DNA of 64,000 nucleotides from Camelus ferus (taxonomy: Eukaryota). A program made the translations under genes and the position numbers. Below the pieces are notes generated by a model that did not search any database, was not told the origin of the DNA, and saw nothing but the letters and a program-made list of their open reading frames with translations. Below, piece by piece: positions 35,979-49,814 of the stretch; the stretch's first letter is position 1, and every line of letters starts with the position of its first letter. Location of the stretch: assembly GCF_009834535.1 (NCBI RefSeq), contig NC_045696.1, positions 88,104,001 to 88,168,000 on the forward strand, written 5' to 3'.

Positions 35979-38900
35979 ACTCTAAATGCTTAATTGGGGT
36001 CTGGCCCAGAATTACTACAGCAGTGAGTTGGTTTGGGGTTTGTTTGTTTGGTTGGTTGGTTGATTTTAGTATTTTTTTTTTAAGCATGATTTTACTACCA
36101 GTAGGACTGAAATCCCAAATCACTAATTTTAGCTCTATTTTTCCCAGAATGCACTCAGCAAAGTCGATTTGTTGAACATGCTTGGTGCTTCATATATCCG
36201 GTATTTCTCTCCTTCATTCAGCATTTACTGAACACAACTCTGTGCCACTTGCTGTAAATGTAGCAGTCAATGGCATGGCCGCTGTTCTCATAGGGTGTTA
36301 CCTCTAGACCAGTCAATGGAGGACTGCTAGCTGCTGTTTATGTCTTTCTTTTTGCTAGGAAATTTAAAACCCCAGGTTAAACCTGCACACGTTGAAATTA
36401 GGTCATCGTTAGCTGGTGCTGCATTAACACGGTGTCTGGGTGTCTGTTTCCTTGAAACCGTACTGCAGCTTATTCAGATGCCCCCGGCTCCCTTTCTTCT
36501 AACTTTCCTACTGCATGTCAATGGTTAATTACTCCTCCTCTTCGTGGTATCCACCCAAAGAACTTCTGGACACAATGAAATCATGAATATTAGTGATTCA
36601 GGCTGACTTTTAGGGGAGGGGCCAGATTATCTGCCAACTCCATCAGCCCTGGTCCATTCTATTAGAATTACTTCTACGAAGCTTACTCAAATAACCTTTT
36701 ATGTAATTGGAGTTTCTTAATCTCTTTTTCTATAAGGGGCTAAGATTTCACAAGAATCTTAATTAAATTTGTTATATTCTTCTAAAAATAAAAAGAAAAG
36801 CCCAGTATTTCTTCCAGAATTAAGTGTAATTTGAGGTATTATACAGACCATGTGCTTACAAACCTCATCTCTTTATAAGTTTTACCATAAATCCATCAAG
36901 TTTAACAAATAACGTTTTTCTTAAAGAAAAATAATAACATCTTTCTAGATCAGAGTTACATCTCCAAAACTCTAGGAATTGAAGCCTAAAAAGATAGGGT
37001 TACCAAAAACACTTCTAAACACACTATCATTTTAAAGTTTGTTTTTGCTACAGAACCAAATAAAACACTGATAATAATTTGTTATTTTTTAAGTCCAATA
37101 CACTGTCCAAAGTCTGAAGTGTAAGCACTTGCACCTGGCTTTTTATAACTAATTAACTCAAGAACAAAATACGATAGAAAAAGTTAAACTCCAGTCTCTC
37201 ATAACCACATCGTTGCTCCAAATAATTTCATTTCTGCCATAAATTTACTATCAACATAGATCATTGCTGTATTTTCTTTCTCTTTTAAACTTTTTAATTA
37301 AGGCCAGTTATAAACTCCCTGTCTTCTTTTACCTCATGGATAAATCCAACCATAATCATCCCAGTATCGACTGAAAATGCATTATTCCCAGAAATGCTAA
37401 TGACCTTATTAATGTCCCATTCATGCTTTCCATTACTTCACTTAATTTAAAGCAAGCCCACAAATATTTTTCTCCATTGAAGTTGCATAAACATAGCACA
37501 TATTTCATCAAGTTTAATCACAGGTAAGTCTAATGAGATGCATGGAACTTTTAAGAAATGAAATGTAATATCCAAACCATATTTGCTACTCTCTACAGGT
37601 CCAGAAGGTCAGCCAACCTTTTTAAGTGAATCATAAGCAGAAGAAGAGTAAGTTAAAGCTTCACAGGCAAGATGATTTGGAATTTCAGAGTGTCCACTAC
37701 AAAAGGCCTAGGGAAAACATGTCCAGCTTGTACAGGGAAAACAGACTTCTGTTTTCATTTATTTTTTGTTCACACGGACATCTGTTATTGTATCTCCCAC
37801 ACACATCAAAAACCAAAAACATCCTTTGTATTCCACACTGCCACAAAAATACACCCCCTCCCAATTTTTCATTTTAAATTAAAATTCTCTATGTAGATGA
37901 AGTCACAAGGCTCTCTCTCTTATATTCTTTCTGGCATTGTATTTCCAGTTTTAATTTTCCTGCCATCTGTGGGTTACTACCATTCTGAATACTTCCTATA
38001 CTGCTTCTCCAGATCTGATTAATCTACATCCTCTTTTTATTGATTGGTTTTCATTCATTACACTTCCCCCAGAATCTTCTGTTGAGAAAACGTGACTTAG
38101 CTCAGGTCAAAATTAAATTTCAAGATTTAGTACCACTTCTGAATCAAAACTGTATCTAAGAACTATGGATGAAATTTATTGGACACCAAATGGATGGAGC
38201 AAAAAAACTAAATTGTTTTCCACTAGAAATCTGTTTCTATGATAAAATAATATCACAAGTAATAGTTATGGTTGCTTTAATGTGACAGATATTTTTTGAG
38301 ATGGCTTTATTGTACAGGGGGGACACTTTTCTGTGTTTGATAAGACGGAGCTATTTTGTTTCTGTTATCACCTGTGTTGTAGTAGCTTCTCCCTGTGTCT
38401 CTGTGTGTCTGCCCGCAGACATCCTTTTTATCCTACACCTTGTCATAAATTTTAGGAAGACAGAAACACATAAAAGCATTTCTTACGGAAACACTAGATT
38501 TGCTCTCATACTTATCCTAGAGGAGATAACTTCAAACAGTTTTTACTCATGTAGCATCATGCGATGCTTAGTCACTCCCATTAAACCATCATCGTCTCTC
38601 CAGGGGGGAGGTCTCGTTGTGCCGTGGCTCTGGAGACTCACAGAAGTTCTCAGCCACTCATTCCTCTCCCCTCCCATGGGAAAAAATACACCAAATTTGT
38701 TTTTCTTTCATACATTTACAGTTGTCAGAGATGACCCCATGGCATTGAAACAACACCTCCTTCTTCCACTGGTACTCAGTGTGGCCATAGGCACACTGCC
38801 AGCTTTGAAAAATAAATTTGACATTCCTTCAGAATCCAAAATACACTTTGAAGACTGTTACATTTTGTATGGTTTGTTTATGAACTCAAGGAAACAACAC

Positions 38901-39645
38901 ATACAAACGCATTTCTTTATCCATTAGAAAGAAAGAAATAGCCCTATTGGAACATTTAGTATAGTAAAGCCGAAGTATCAGGGTTACCAGCAATTAAAGT
39001 TCTTTTACTCACTGGATTGCTATCTGTTGAGAAAGTAGGCCTTATTATGATTTTCATACTTAGGAGATACTCCCTTCATAGTTTCAGGGGAAAAAAAGTT
39101 TGACGTCATATTTTCTCCGGTTCTTAATTTTAGATGTAAAAATGCAAATTCTTCAGGGAAATAAAAAGTACTATTCTGGAATACTGCAGAGTCTGCCAAC
39201 CAGCCTCACCACTAAGTCTCTGGCCTTGTTTTTGGGGTCTCTGTCTTGGCCCTTGTCCACAGGGCACCTTCCACAGCTACCCAGTGCACAGCACATCAGT
39301 GCACCATCTGAACAAGTCATCTGGACACACAAAAGGTGTCTCATTCCTTAAAGCAGGAATTATACAGAAATATATTCAGGAGCCTAGAATTACGAATCTC
39401 GAATTACTTTCTAAGCTTCACCAGTGCAATCACAGACTGAGAAAATACCAATTTCCCCTCAGGCAAAATTCTAACCCTCTTCTCGAGGAAATCCTATTCA
39501 TTTTTACATCAATCCTTAAACTGTCAGCCCCTAAAACTTACCACAGTCATGTTCAAATATGTGATCCACCAGGTGTTCAGATGTGAAAATTAGCCATGAT
39601 GCAATAAATAAGAAGCAAATAAAACTATAAATAAATATAGAAAAC

Positions 39646-39770
39646 TACAATGGAAAAGAATCTGAAAAATACGTATGTATGTATACGAATAGCTGAATTG
39701 CTTTGCTGTGCACCTGAAACTAACATTGTAAATCGACTACACTTCAATAAAACAGTAAGAATTAAAAAGA
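39646..39770 (+). mobile_element. Camelid-type L1 3' end
   Basis: aatggaaaagaatctgaaaaa...ctttgctgtgcacctgaaactaacattgtaaatcgactacacttcaataaaa; gaaaact repeated on both flanks. Confidence 0.85.
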
Positions 39771-40315
39771 AATGGAAAACTAAGTCAAATAATTATTTAA
39801 TTAGCCGTGCACTTTTGGGGGTCATTGGTGTTCACCATTATTTCATGAACATCTGGAATATGGTTATAATGTACATGAAAGCATTTTATAAATTGTAAAA
39901 ACTTCATTCAGAGCTTCATAAATGTCTGGTACGTACTTGAACTAATAAATTTGTGGTATATACAGGAAGGGAGAAATACAATGAGTAGATTCTTTTTATC
40001 TTTTTCATGTAACGATTGGAAACCATAATAAAGAATCCACTAGTCATTACAGCTTCACTTTCAAGCTAGTCTCCATTTTGTTTAGACACAAAGATACGAG
40101 TATCAGAAGTGTCATTTTGGCAATCCGACTTCGGGAAATATGAATAAATTCAGGCCAGCCTGAAAAGCCAGTCCAAGATTTCAGTTACAGGATAGAGCCA
40201 ATATAAATTTTTACCTGCCAAGTTTAAGATTAATTTGGGGGCTCATTTCAGAAAAAAAAATGTCAAAGGTATTGATTGAGTGGGGAAAAAAGGCCACTAA
40301 AATTCAACTGTCGTG

Positions 40316-40376
40316 CAGATGAGAAATATTTCTATCTTTACTTACAGATGAGAAATATTTCTATCTTTACTTACAG
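40316..40376. repeat. Perfect 29-bp tandem duplication
   Basis: cagatgagaaatatttctatctttactta twice, followed by cag. Confidence 0.95.
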
Positions 40377-41489
40377 CAATATACCCAAGCACCAACTTTG
40401 CTCTAGAGAGTATTTACATATTTTTAGACACTGCAAAGATACTGCTCACATGATTTTCCCTTCCCTGAGGTATTCATTATTATTGTATATACCTCAATAA
40501 TACAGAAATATATCCTGCTCATGAAGAGAGTACAAGTTTGCAAGGTAGGTCTTGAAAACTAACCGTAAAATATCTTGTACATCCCTAAAGTATAGTGGAG
40601 CCACATTACAGAACTTTTGTAGCAGATGCAACTAGTGAACTTTATTTGCCACCCACAAGGTCATGATGATTTGCAGTACGTCAAAGGACACAATCGGATA
40701 GATAAAATATTAGAAACCATGTATGAATTAATGAGCCATTGTTAGAACACAATTTTACTATTCTTGCTCAATTCTTTCATGGTTATTAGATGAACAGAAG
40801 TCAGCAGGCCCCATTGGGCACAATCTCTTTTTATTTCACTGTAATTCTTACAAAAAGCCCAGATCTATTTAATTTCTATTTCAAGTCATGAAGGTGGTCC
40901 TGGGTTAACTCTAGTAGTTTCCGTCTATCACCAAGACTCAGTCTACAACGGATTTTTTTTTCCTCTTTTGAAAAGCAATTCACCTTTAAACTTTCATTTT
41001 TAAATTAAAGAATTAAAACCCTAGACACTTCTTTAAGACTGCATATGTGGGGAGATCATAGTCAAGCCAAAGGCCACCTGTGGCCATTTATCCTGCCTCT
41101 GCTACAGTGGGGGCCTCACCCAGAGTTCCCCCTTTGTCTTCACCAAGAGGCTAAATGCCAGTGCTCTAGCCACCCGCTTCTGCAGGTGAGGAACAAGGAA
41201 GCTAGTGCAACAGTTAGAAAAGCTAAGATAACCAGATTCGATGCCGCTGCTGCTGCTGCTTCTTAAAAAAGCTTAAGTCTATACTATTGAGCAATAGTGT
41301 CACCCATAAATTAGCAGATTTATACATTACAACAATGGGAAGACAGAAGTAGACGCTGAGTAACACCTCACTTCCCTTCCGTGGTTCTAGTCATGAAAAC
41401 AATGCCAATACTTTGGTAAACTCTGTAGAGGATGGGTCAGCTGACCTCTCACCCTTGTTATTTGAGGTCCCGGGGAGGGCAGCTGCATT

Positions 41490-41670
41490 AGCTGACTACA
41501 ACATGCACTTTAGAATTTCACAAAAGTGGGTTTAAATCCTGCCTCTGAGAGGAAACTTCTCTGATCCCCTGTAAAATGTCACTAGTGTAATATCTACTTC
41601 AGAGTATCGGTGCAAGGATTAAATGAAGTCAGGCATCTAAAAACACTTCATACATGGTAAATGTTTGATG
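41490..41670 (+). mobile_element. MIR fragment
   Basis: gggtttaaatcctgcctct...ctgtaaaatg...aaggattaaatga. Confidence 0.6.
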
Positions 41671-43313
41671 ATAATTTTTATTTCTAGGTGCAAAGTCGCA
41701 AAGTTTAGACTTAATTGAAAGAAAGTAATAGCAACCAATTAATGCTTTTTGAAATAGATATCCCCTGGTCAGCTTGGCAGGAATATCTATAGTGAACATT
41801 TCAGCAAAAGATCCACAAGGCTCCCAATATCTCTTGCAATCTCACAAAAGGTATTTCTGCATCCCCTGCAATTTCAGAAGCTATCTGTTAGCATCGTAGG
41901 CTTAAATCCCCATGAGAAAGCTAATTCTACCTTCATGCTCTGGGCTCTTGGGGCAGCCACTAGGTCTCTGAGCCTGGTCCGACAGCTTCCCATAAAGTCT
42001 GGACTGTCACCTGGGAGCCCTGTACAGTTCCCATGTACACAGAGAGGAAAGCCTCAGCCACGCCTCTCAGGTCACCTGCCATTTCCCTTCTTCTCACTAA
42101 TTCCCAGATGCTCTTCCCCTCCAATATGAACAGATTCCAAGACTCATGCTGCCTTTCCTACCCCCTCACCATGTAACTGACATCCAGAAAGCAGGGGATA
42201 GGCGGGGCCAGCAGCGCCCGGAGCCACGCCCACTCTAGACCCCTCATCAGTGTTTGTTTAATGAATGAGCTTCACTCATGATCACTGGATGAGATCCAGC
42301 CAGCTGTGAATCATGGCCTGGCCCTTTACCTTGTTGGAATTCTGTCAAAGGCAGACTCTAATCCAATTAGCAAATCAATATCCAGAAAATATCAAAGCTG
42401 TTTTAGCCATGGCTTTTTTTGATCAAGGTTATTATTCTGTGGCATTTTAATGCCTTCAAATGGCATAAAAAGAAAGCAAACAAAAAAACCCAAGAGTAAT
42501 AAAAGGAAATAACCTAAAATTAATAAACAGATTGATGTGACATAGTACACCATATACAAAGAGGCTCAGAAAATAACACCATAAAATTAATTTGAAAAGT
42601 TGTTATTGTCTTTTTCTCTTTTTAGACCATAAACTAATGTAAAGAGGACAAAAAGACCTTTAGAAAGGACAACAAAATTTAATATAATTTTGAAAATCCT
42701 CTTTTTGGGGCTCATATCCTTAAAAAATAATAAGATTTAGGTTAAATATAACAAGACCAAAACAACTTGGAAAATTAATGTCCTAATTTGGGCAAAATGA
42801 AATTTGCTTACCTTGGACCCTGATGGGCTCCTCACCTCTCACTGTACGAAGAATGAAATTGTGCGTGCCAAATCAATCTCCCTAATTGCCTTGGTTACCA
42901 TCGCATGGCATTTGGACAGCAGTCCTGTTAAATAGCATCCAAATGCCAAACAAGACATGACATTGAGAGTAACCTAGCCCCGTGACATCTCTCATCCCAG
43001 TAGGATTTGAAGGACAATAGTCTATTTTGTAAACTTTGAAGGAGTAAAAAGTGCCAGAGAATATGAAAACATTCACAAACTTCTAGAATGTTAGAGCTGA
43101 AAGTGACCTGGGAAGGTCATTACTTCTGTCTCTTCATTCTCCAGACAAAAGCAGCGGTCAGTTATGCTCCCTCTCTGTGCAGCAGTAACAAGAGGTGTCT
43201 ACCCTGGGACTCGCAGTTATTGGCCTGCTGTGGTTTTTATAATGCATTTGTCTATACACGGTATGTTACAGTATGATGTACACATCTTTCCTGCCCCCAT
43301 TCTCCCCACCGCT

Positions 43314-43436
43314 CACACACACACCACACACACACCCCTACAGAGTACACCTACATACATACACACACCACACACATACCTCTACATACTCGCCTACATA
43401 CCTACACAACCACACACACACCCTTACATACACAAA
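43314..43436. repeat. Degenerate (CA)-rich low-complexity tract
   Basis: Direct inspection. Confidence 0.85.
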
Positions 43437-43741
43437 CAGCAAACTATTATTTGAAATTTTTTGAAAGCAGCATCCATGCTGTTCATAGATGTGGTTCCAA
43501 ACCTGTCAGAACCTCAAGAAAATGTGACTGAATAAAGTTACAGAAAGCTCAACCGATTCCTACATTTCAAATCCCTGGCAGTCTCAGGGATTCTTTTGGA
43601 TTTTTCCCGGGGCCCTGCGTTCCGTCTCGGTCCAGGCCCTCGTTTTTGTGGGGCAGCTCTCCCCAGGGAGCTGGATCCAGAATCTGGTGGAACTTCTCTA
43701 GTTCTGCACCAGCCTCGCTGCGCGGCCTCTGCAGAGCCACA

Positions 43742-43755
43742 CTGCCCCCTGCTGG
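43742..43755 (-). promoter_or_regulatory. CTCF core motif
   Basis: Minus strand CCAGCAGGGGGCAG matches CCASYAGRKGGCRS and lies in a local CpG-retaining patch (43600-43800). Confidence 0.7.
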
Positions 43756-44774
43756 GCGCATCTGCAAAGTGATTGTGAAAAAGCTGCCAAATACGACGGG
43801 ATGCCTTCGTTCTTCAAAACACAAGTCAAACTACAATTAATCAACATTTATTAAAATTAATTCTAACACGTTCATTAACTTTTAAGGGAATTACAAGGCA
43901 CACGGCATTACTGAATGTCTACATGAAGTGTTCTCTCCAGGAGAGAGAGCGACATTAATACGATGGGAGGCACTGAATCTGGGGAACTGGGATGCTAAAG
44001 CACTAGGTGCCTTACACAGAAAATTATTAACATGCCCTTTAGTCAGGGCTTAGAAACCTCAGACTGAAACCTTGCACATTAGCTGTGAAATGTGTTTATC
44101 CTGCTCCCATGTGCAAATACGTGTTGCCCCTCCCTTTCCCGGAAATGATACTCTGATCAAGACTCAAAATTTCGGTGATCTGAGATGTCATTTAATGTGT
44201 CCTCCAAGGACAAGACCTCAGAGTATTGGTGATTTACAGCTTGATACCACCTTAACCTTATCCATTGAAAAAAACTGATACATATATGTTTAAACTTCCT
44301 TTAGGAGTTGGTCCACAGATTATTCTCCATGCATTTTAAAAACAAGAACCAAACTTCAGAGTTTTCTCCCCTACACATAGAATTCTATTTTTGTAGGCTC
44401 ACAGAATTTATTTCTCTTTCTACTGGGAAGTAAAATATTCAAAGATCTGACCATAAAAGAATAAACGGTTTGGGGTGGACAGAGCAGGAATAGGAAGAAC
44501 AAGGTGGATTTTTCATTGCTTTGGGTTTTTTGATTTTGGAGGCTGCCAGCCTCAGAAGTTATACAACAGCGCCACTCTAGGGCCTTCTGTGAAATAACAG
44601 GCCAGGCTTTCCCAGCCCAATTTCCCCCTTGCTGCACCTTTCCTTCCATAAAGGCATCGTGCAAAGGATTGACCTGGCATGACACATAATGGTATTTTAG
44701 TAGTAGCCTACTTCTTTTAAAGTATGAAGAGTTTAAAAACATTATGCTGAGATAGCAAACAATTAACTATTTTG

Positions 44775-44860
44775 TCAAAAGTTGCCGACTCATCTTCTGG
44801 ATGGCTTGAGCCAGCTACTCACTATATGCTCTTGGGCAAGTTCTGGTAACCTCTCTGGGT
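44775..44860 (+). mobile_element. MIR fragment
   Basis: ctactcactatatgctcttgggcaagttctggtaacctctctggg. Confidence 0.5.
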
Positions 44861-44904
44861 CCCATTTTCCCGTTTCTCTAGTGGATGGGTTGGTCTGTAA
44901 ATTG

Positions 44905-45117
44905 AGACCTTCCGACACAGTAGTCAATAGTCACAAATGGCTATTTGAATTTAAATTTAGATGAATAAAAATTAAATAAAATGTAAAACTCAGTTCCTTA
45001 GACATGTTAGCCATATTTCAAATGCTCCATTGCCACATGGGGCTGGTGGCCACTGAACTGGACAGAGCATCGGGAGGACATCTGCTTCGCAGCAGAAAGT
45101 TCTAATGGGCAGCACTA
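44905..45117. mobile_element. MER3/MER33-like hAT-Charlie MITE
   Basis: tagccatatttcaaatgctccattgccacatggggctggtggc...agaaagttctaatgggcagcact. Confidence 0.8.
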
Positions 45118-45781
45118 GCCTTGCCAATATTTATGCTTTCCTCCACATTGAAGCCACATGCTTCTAGCAAAAAAAGTGTTTTAGAGACCAATTTGATCAA
45201 GGGGAATCACACAAATAAAAACAACTGGGAAAGCCAGAGAGAAGAGGCAGAAGAAGAGAGAAAGAGAAAGAAAGGGAAAGGAAAGGGAAGTGAGATCCCA
45301 GGTCTGGGCATCCTGCCACAGCCCCTGCTGCCATCTGATAACCCCTCCGATTTTCATCCAGCCTTCAAACCAGCTCATCTGCAAAGTGAGGAGAAGTCAA
45401 GGGCCTGTATCCGTCGCCAGCGAGACAAGCAAGGGAGGACCAACATAAATTTCCAATGATGACAGCTCAGGAAAGAATCTGCTGACAATTCTGTGTTCCC
45501 TTGATGAGCACAGCTCACATGACTGGTGGCCTGGCTGTCTTAAGGACATTGAGGTGATTTTCTGGCTTTCTAACACATCAGCTGGGTGCCAGGGGAATCA
45601 CAACCACTCTGGCACAACCTGGCCCACCACAGGGGACCTTGGCCAAGTCCCAGAGGGCAATGTTCTTGGGAATTGATGGCAGGAGGTGGAGGTCTTGCTG
45701 ATGAGACCTGTGTATCCTGTGACTGCAGCCACAGCCAGGCACCTGGGCTGCTGCATAAACCTGCTCAGCTGGTCCTGAAGC

Positions 45782-45811
45782 CATGCGCGCGCGCGCGCGC
45801 ACACACACACA
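45782..45811. repeat. (GC)8(AC)5 alternating purine-pyrimidine tract
   Basis: catgcgcgcgcgcgcgcgcacacacacaca. Confidence 0.95.
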
Positions 45812-48800
45812 GCTCCGGCCAGCACAGGCCTCTGCCAGGGATCTGGCCGGCAAGGAAAGCTGCTGCCATCAGCTTTCCCAAATGTTCCTTTTTGTAAGGG
45901 CAGAAGGTGGGGTGAGAGGGGAAACCACAGCTTCCTGAAAATCTGGGGCTTTTTCCAGAGCATTCAGTACCCTGAGGGAGGCCTGGTGCAAGTGTCCAGC
46001 TCATTTCTCATTCCCTGTTGAAATGCCATCAGGGCCCCACAGTTCTGAGCATGGCGATGGCCCCTCAGAGATTGGGGTGATGTCACTACTGTGGCAGTTT
46101 CCCCACATGTTGTCAAGCCGGCATTTGGGAGGTGACGGAGACTGTGCAGGAGGTCCCCATAGTGGTGGTGTCCCCCTCTGGGAATTGTCCTGTCCTTTCT
46201 GGAATGCAGCCAGGCTAGATACAAAGTTCCCTAACCCTCAGCTGGGCTGGATCTGTCAAGTGTGGACAATGGGGCCAGCAGGGAGGTACTGGTAGGGGAG
46301 GGGCCAGGCAGGTGAGTGGAGCTGTTGAGGGTGGGGACAGCAGAAGAGGTGCTTGGAGGAGCTGGCACAACCCCAGGAACACAGGGTAGAGGAACCTAGA
46401 AGCATCCATCAGCAGGAAGGGGAGAGAGGCTCTTTCTGAGCCAAAGCAGCTGGCCAACTGTGTTTCCTACATGAGGCAGAAGGCAGATGCAGCCGGGCTG
46501 TGGCCAAGCTCTGAGCCCAACAGCTGCCCTACACTGCCCCGCTCCGGGCTTGGGGTGGGGGTGGGGGCCCATCACTTCTACAGACAGCCAAACACAGCCA
46601 GGAGTGGGCATGTTTCTCAGCATGGTCCCCAGCACAAAAGACAACAATAGCCATTTAGACCTTTAAAAATCCTTCCCCTTCTGACTGGCGCAGCTGAAAA
46701 AGCAAACTGCTGAATAGGATACCAAGTTCTTCTGAGGTCTGGTGTTCATCCTTTCTCTTACTGGGTATTCTAAATTCTCCCCATGGAAAAAGATGACCAG
46801 AGTACCCCGTTCCCCATAGACAGATAGTGAGAGCAGGGCAGGTAGTGACCATGAGCTGGACTGAATGTATTCATCAAGGTCAGAGAGCAAGTGCTGGAAA
46901 CTCTCCTCTCTGCCAGCAAGTCATCATTTCTCCAGAGCCACAAAATGCTCTGCTGTTTCCTGGCCCCATGAAGACAGGACATGTGCGCAGGACTAGGATA
47001 TATACACACAGCTGCAGAGCAGAGTTTCAAGCAAAGCCTATCCAGAGCATTTCTCATATTCAGTCATCAGGGACTTGAGGTATTTCCGTTTTCCAAGAAA
47101 AGAGGTAAAGGTGTGAGCTGGGAGAATGTGTACCCAGACAAATACATGCAAAATGGTGCACCTTCTTAATGACAAGAATTATGCCCTGCCTCAGCAGTCA
47201 TGTGAGCCTGGGGGTTAAAGCAGTGCCAGTCACAGCCAGAGATAAAGAGATAAAGGCCCAACGACCCCCTTTGTCCAGGCTGCGAGGGAATTCTGCTGCC
47301 TTGCCTCAGTCTGACATCAGTGGGCAGAGATCATACGGCTGAAAGCTCGTAAAAATAGCCTTCGCTCCTGGCTCTGTTTTCTAATTCAGTGAGAAAAAGA
47401 TAATGCAGGGATGTTTCCAGAGGCTCCATCACTGGCTTATATAACTGGTTTTGACAGAAAACTCTCCTTCAATCCACCAGCTCACTGAACTCTGTGAGAT
47501 TAATACAGAACAGGTAAACACTGATGTTAGATCGCCGAGGATCACTTGCTTTGGCTGGTTGTTTTGTTTTGTTCCCGTGGCTATAGCGTTTCTTTCTTCA
47601 GTTCTCATTTGCTTTTCTTTTCAAAAACCCTAATATGGCATTAGAAAATGCCTCCTAAAAAAACTGTTCTGTTCAAGGAAAACACAAGTCAGTCTTACAT
47701 CATTATAGAACATCTGTGGAAACTCGAAAGTTGGGTAGAAAATGATCTCCCGTTTCTAACCTCATTTTCTCTGTCTTTAAGTTTACCCCTAGTCAGTTGA
47801 GTATCCACCTGGGAGAAAATCCATTGTTAGGTAATAATACTGAGCTGCATGGCATCTGCCCAGAGGACTGTTCAAAGTTGGGTTAAGGGTGAGAAGATCG
47901 GTGAAGTGAGGTGAGACAATTTAGAGCTGGAGGAAATCAAACACAGAAAAGCAGGCATTTCCAGACCTCTCTGGTCCTAATGGACCGAGCAGTGTGGGAA
48001 GGGCATCTTTAACATCAGGAATGAGATTATGGAAAACCAGTCATGATTTCCGAAGCAGAACAGGGAGGCTGGGTTTGGGAAGAAGTGCCAAGAGGTGAAC
48101 ACACCGTCCACGTCTGTTACTAACTTGCATCAGATCCACCTGACGTAGGAGGTTCTAAAAGATTCTCAGCGTCTACTCCAAATTACTGAGCAAGATGTCT
48201 CAAGATCACCATTACAGAACCCTGTTCTAGATGGTAAAAAGAGAAAGGCATGTCTCTTCCTCAAATAAATCTCTAAGCCACGACCCTGACAATCTGAAAT
48301 CATTTCTATTCAAGTAAAGACCAGTTTGGAAAAACTCTATGCTTTTCCACGAAATATATTTAGGTATTAATCTGACATTTTTCCACAAGTCCCCTTTTTA
48401 CACTCTTCTCTATCCAAGTGTCACAGCCACTCCTTGATGTGGTCCTTTCAAGTCAGTCTTCATCTCTCAGCTGTTTATCCCTTCATTTTCCTTAGGCAGA
48501 TAATCAGAGTACCTGTCAATCCACCAGGCGGGAAATCATTCAGAAGAAACACTGAAAATAGAGGTGTTGTCTGCTCTCCCGAGGGATGAGAAGAACAAAG
48601 GTTAAACAACGCCACCCCCGCCGTCCACGCGTCCTGTCTCTGATACAAGTGCAGTGGCTCTAAAAGGCACTCGAGGGGACTTATAAATTGTGGAGTAGGG
48701 CTTCCCCTGACACAGCAAATCCAGCTGCCTTTTCTAACCACAGGGCATCTGTGCTTGTTCGTATCTTAAAAGCTCTCGTCTTCCATAAACAGGTGAATAC

Positions 48801-49814
48801 TTATGATGAATTTAATCTTCTTCATTAGACTAAGTACCAGCAAAGAGATTTACACATCTGTTTTATTCTACAAAGAATGTTACTTAGATGCATGTCCTTT
48901 TGGTTCTCCAGCTCGTTTCTTTATGATTAAATGTGGTGGGCAGGACCAGAGCGGGTGGTAGATAGGGTAGAGAAACGCTGCAAAAGCACTTAATGGGATG
49001 CATTACGTTCTGATCTGAGATGTCCTCCACGGATTTAGAATCTGCCTTTACATCTGCGGGAGGATTCAGGTGCATTCACCGAGTCTGTGCAAACCACCAA
49101 CCTTGGCTTTTCCTCCTGCCAGACTTTCCCCAGGAGCGAAAGTCAGGCAGCAGCCCAGGAGAATAGTGTTAAATTCCCTCCATTGCAAGTTACTGTTATG
49201 CACTCGCCATTTTCCCTCTCCTTTCAGGGACCATGTGAAGACCAAGCACCCCTTCAGTTATGATTGTTTCATCCCACAATTTGGGGCCATGTGTTCTGTG
49301 GGGACCCAGCCGTTTATCAGGGTGAATTTGCACAGAAGACAGCTGTGCCTTGTCTGTAGCTAACAGAATCCAAGTGGGAATCTTGAATGGGGAGCTTGCT
49401 GTGAAACTGCCAAGACGCTCTTGAACTCATTATTTGGGAAAGAACCAGAGTGAAGTGAATAAAAAAGATCCAGAAAAATGTAGCCGACATCCTTATGGTG
49501 ACTTCTCTGTACCCTGTCCTCCACAGGTGACTTGCTTTAAAAGTCAGTGCAGTGGTACTATTTCTCTTTTTCTTCTAGAATTAGGTTACAAGGGGTTTCA
49601 TTGTTAGGGTTTTTCCCCTAAATACAGGTTGGTCAGAGCACTTACATCAAAACAATATTCTCCATAGTTTCCTTGAGTTTATTGGCCTCATTCTAATCCA
49701 AATTATATTGTATAAATGTCACGATGATTCAATGAAAATAAAGCTAGAGTACCCTTTTTCCCTTTAACAGGCTTGTTTCTAGTTTCTAAATCGCAGTGAA
49801 GATCTAGATAATCA

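Noticed and set aside
38301..38927. 208-aa ORF with ATG start
   Set aside because: No recognisable family, composition typical of translated non-coding DNA, no promoter or splice context.
40316..40376. CRISPR-like 29-bp repeat
   Set aside because: Two adjacent copies with no spacer, in mammalian DNA.
45578..47169. Cluster of overlapping 60-120 aa ORFs on both strands
   Set aside because: Consequence of higher GC content; no coherent protein or exon structure.
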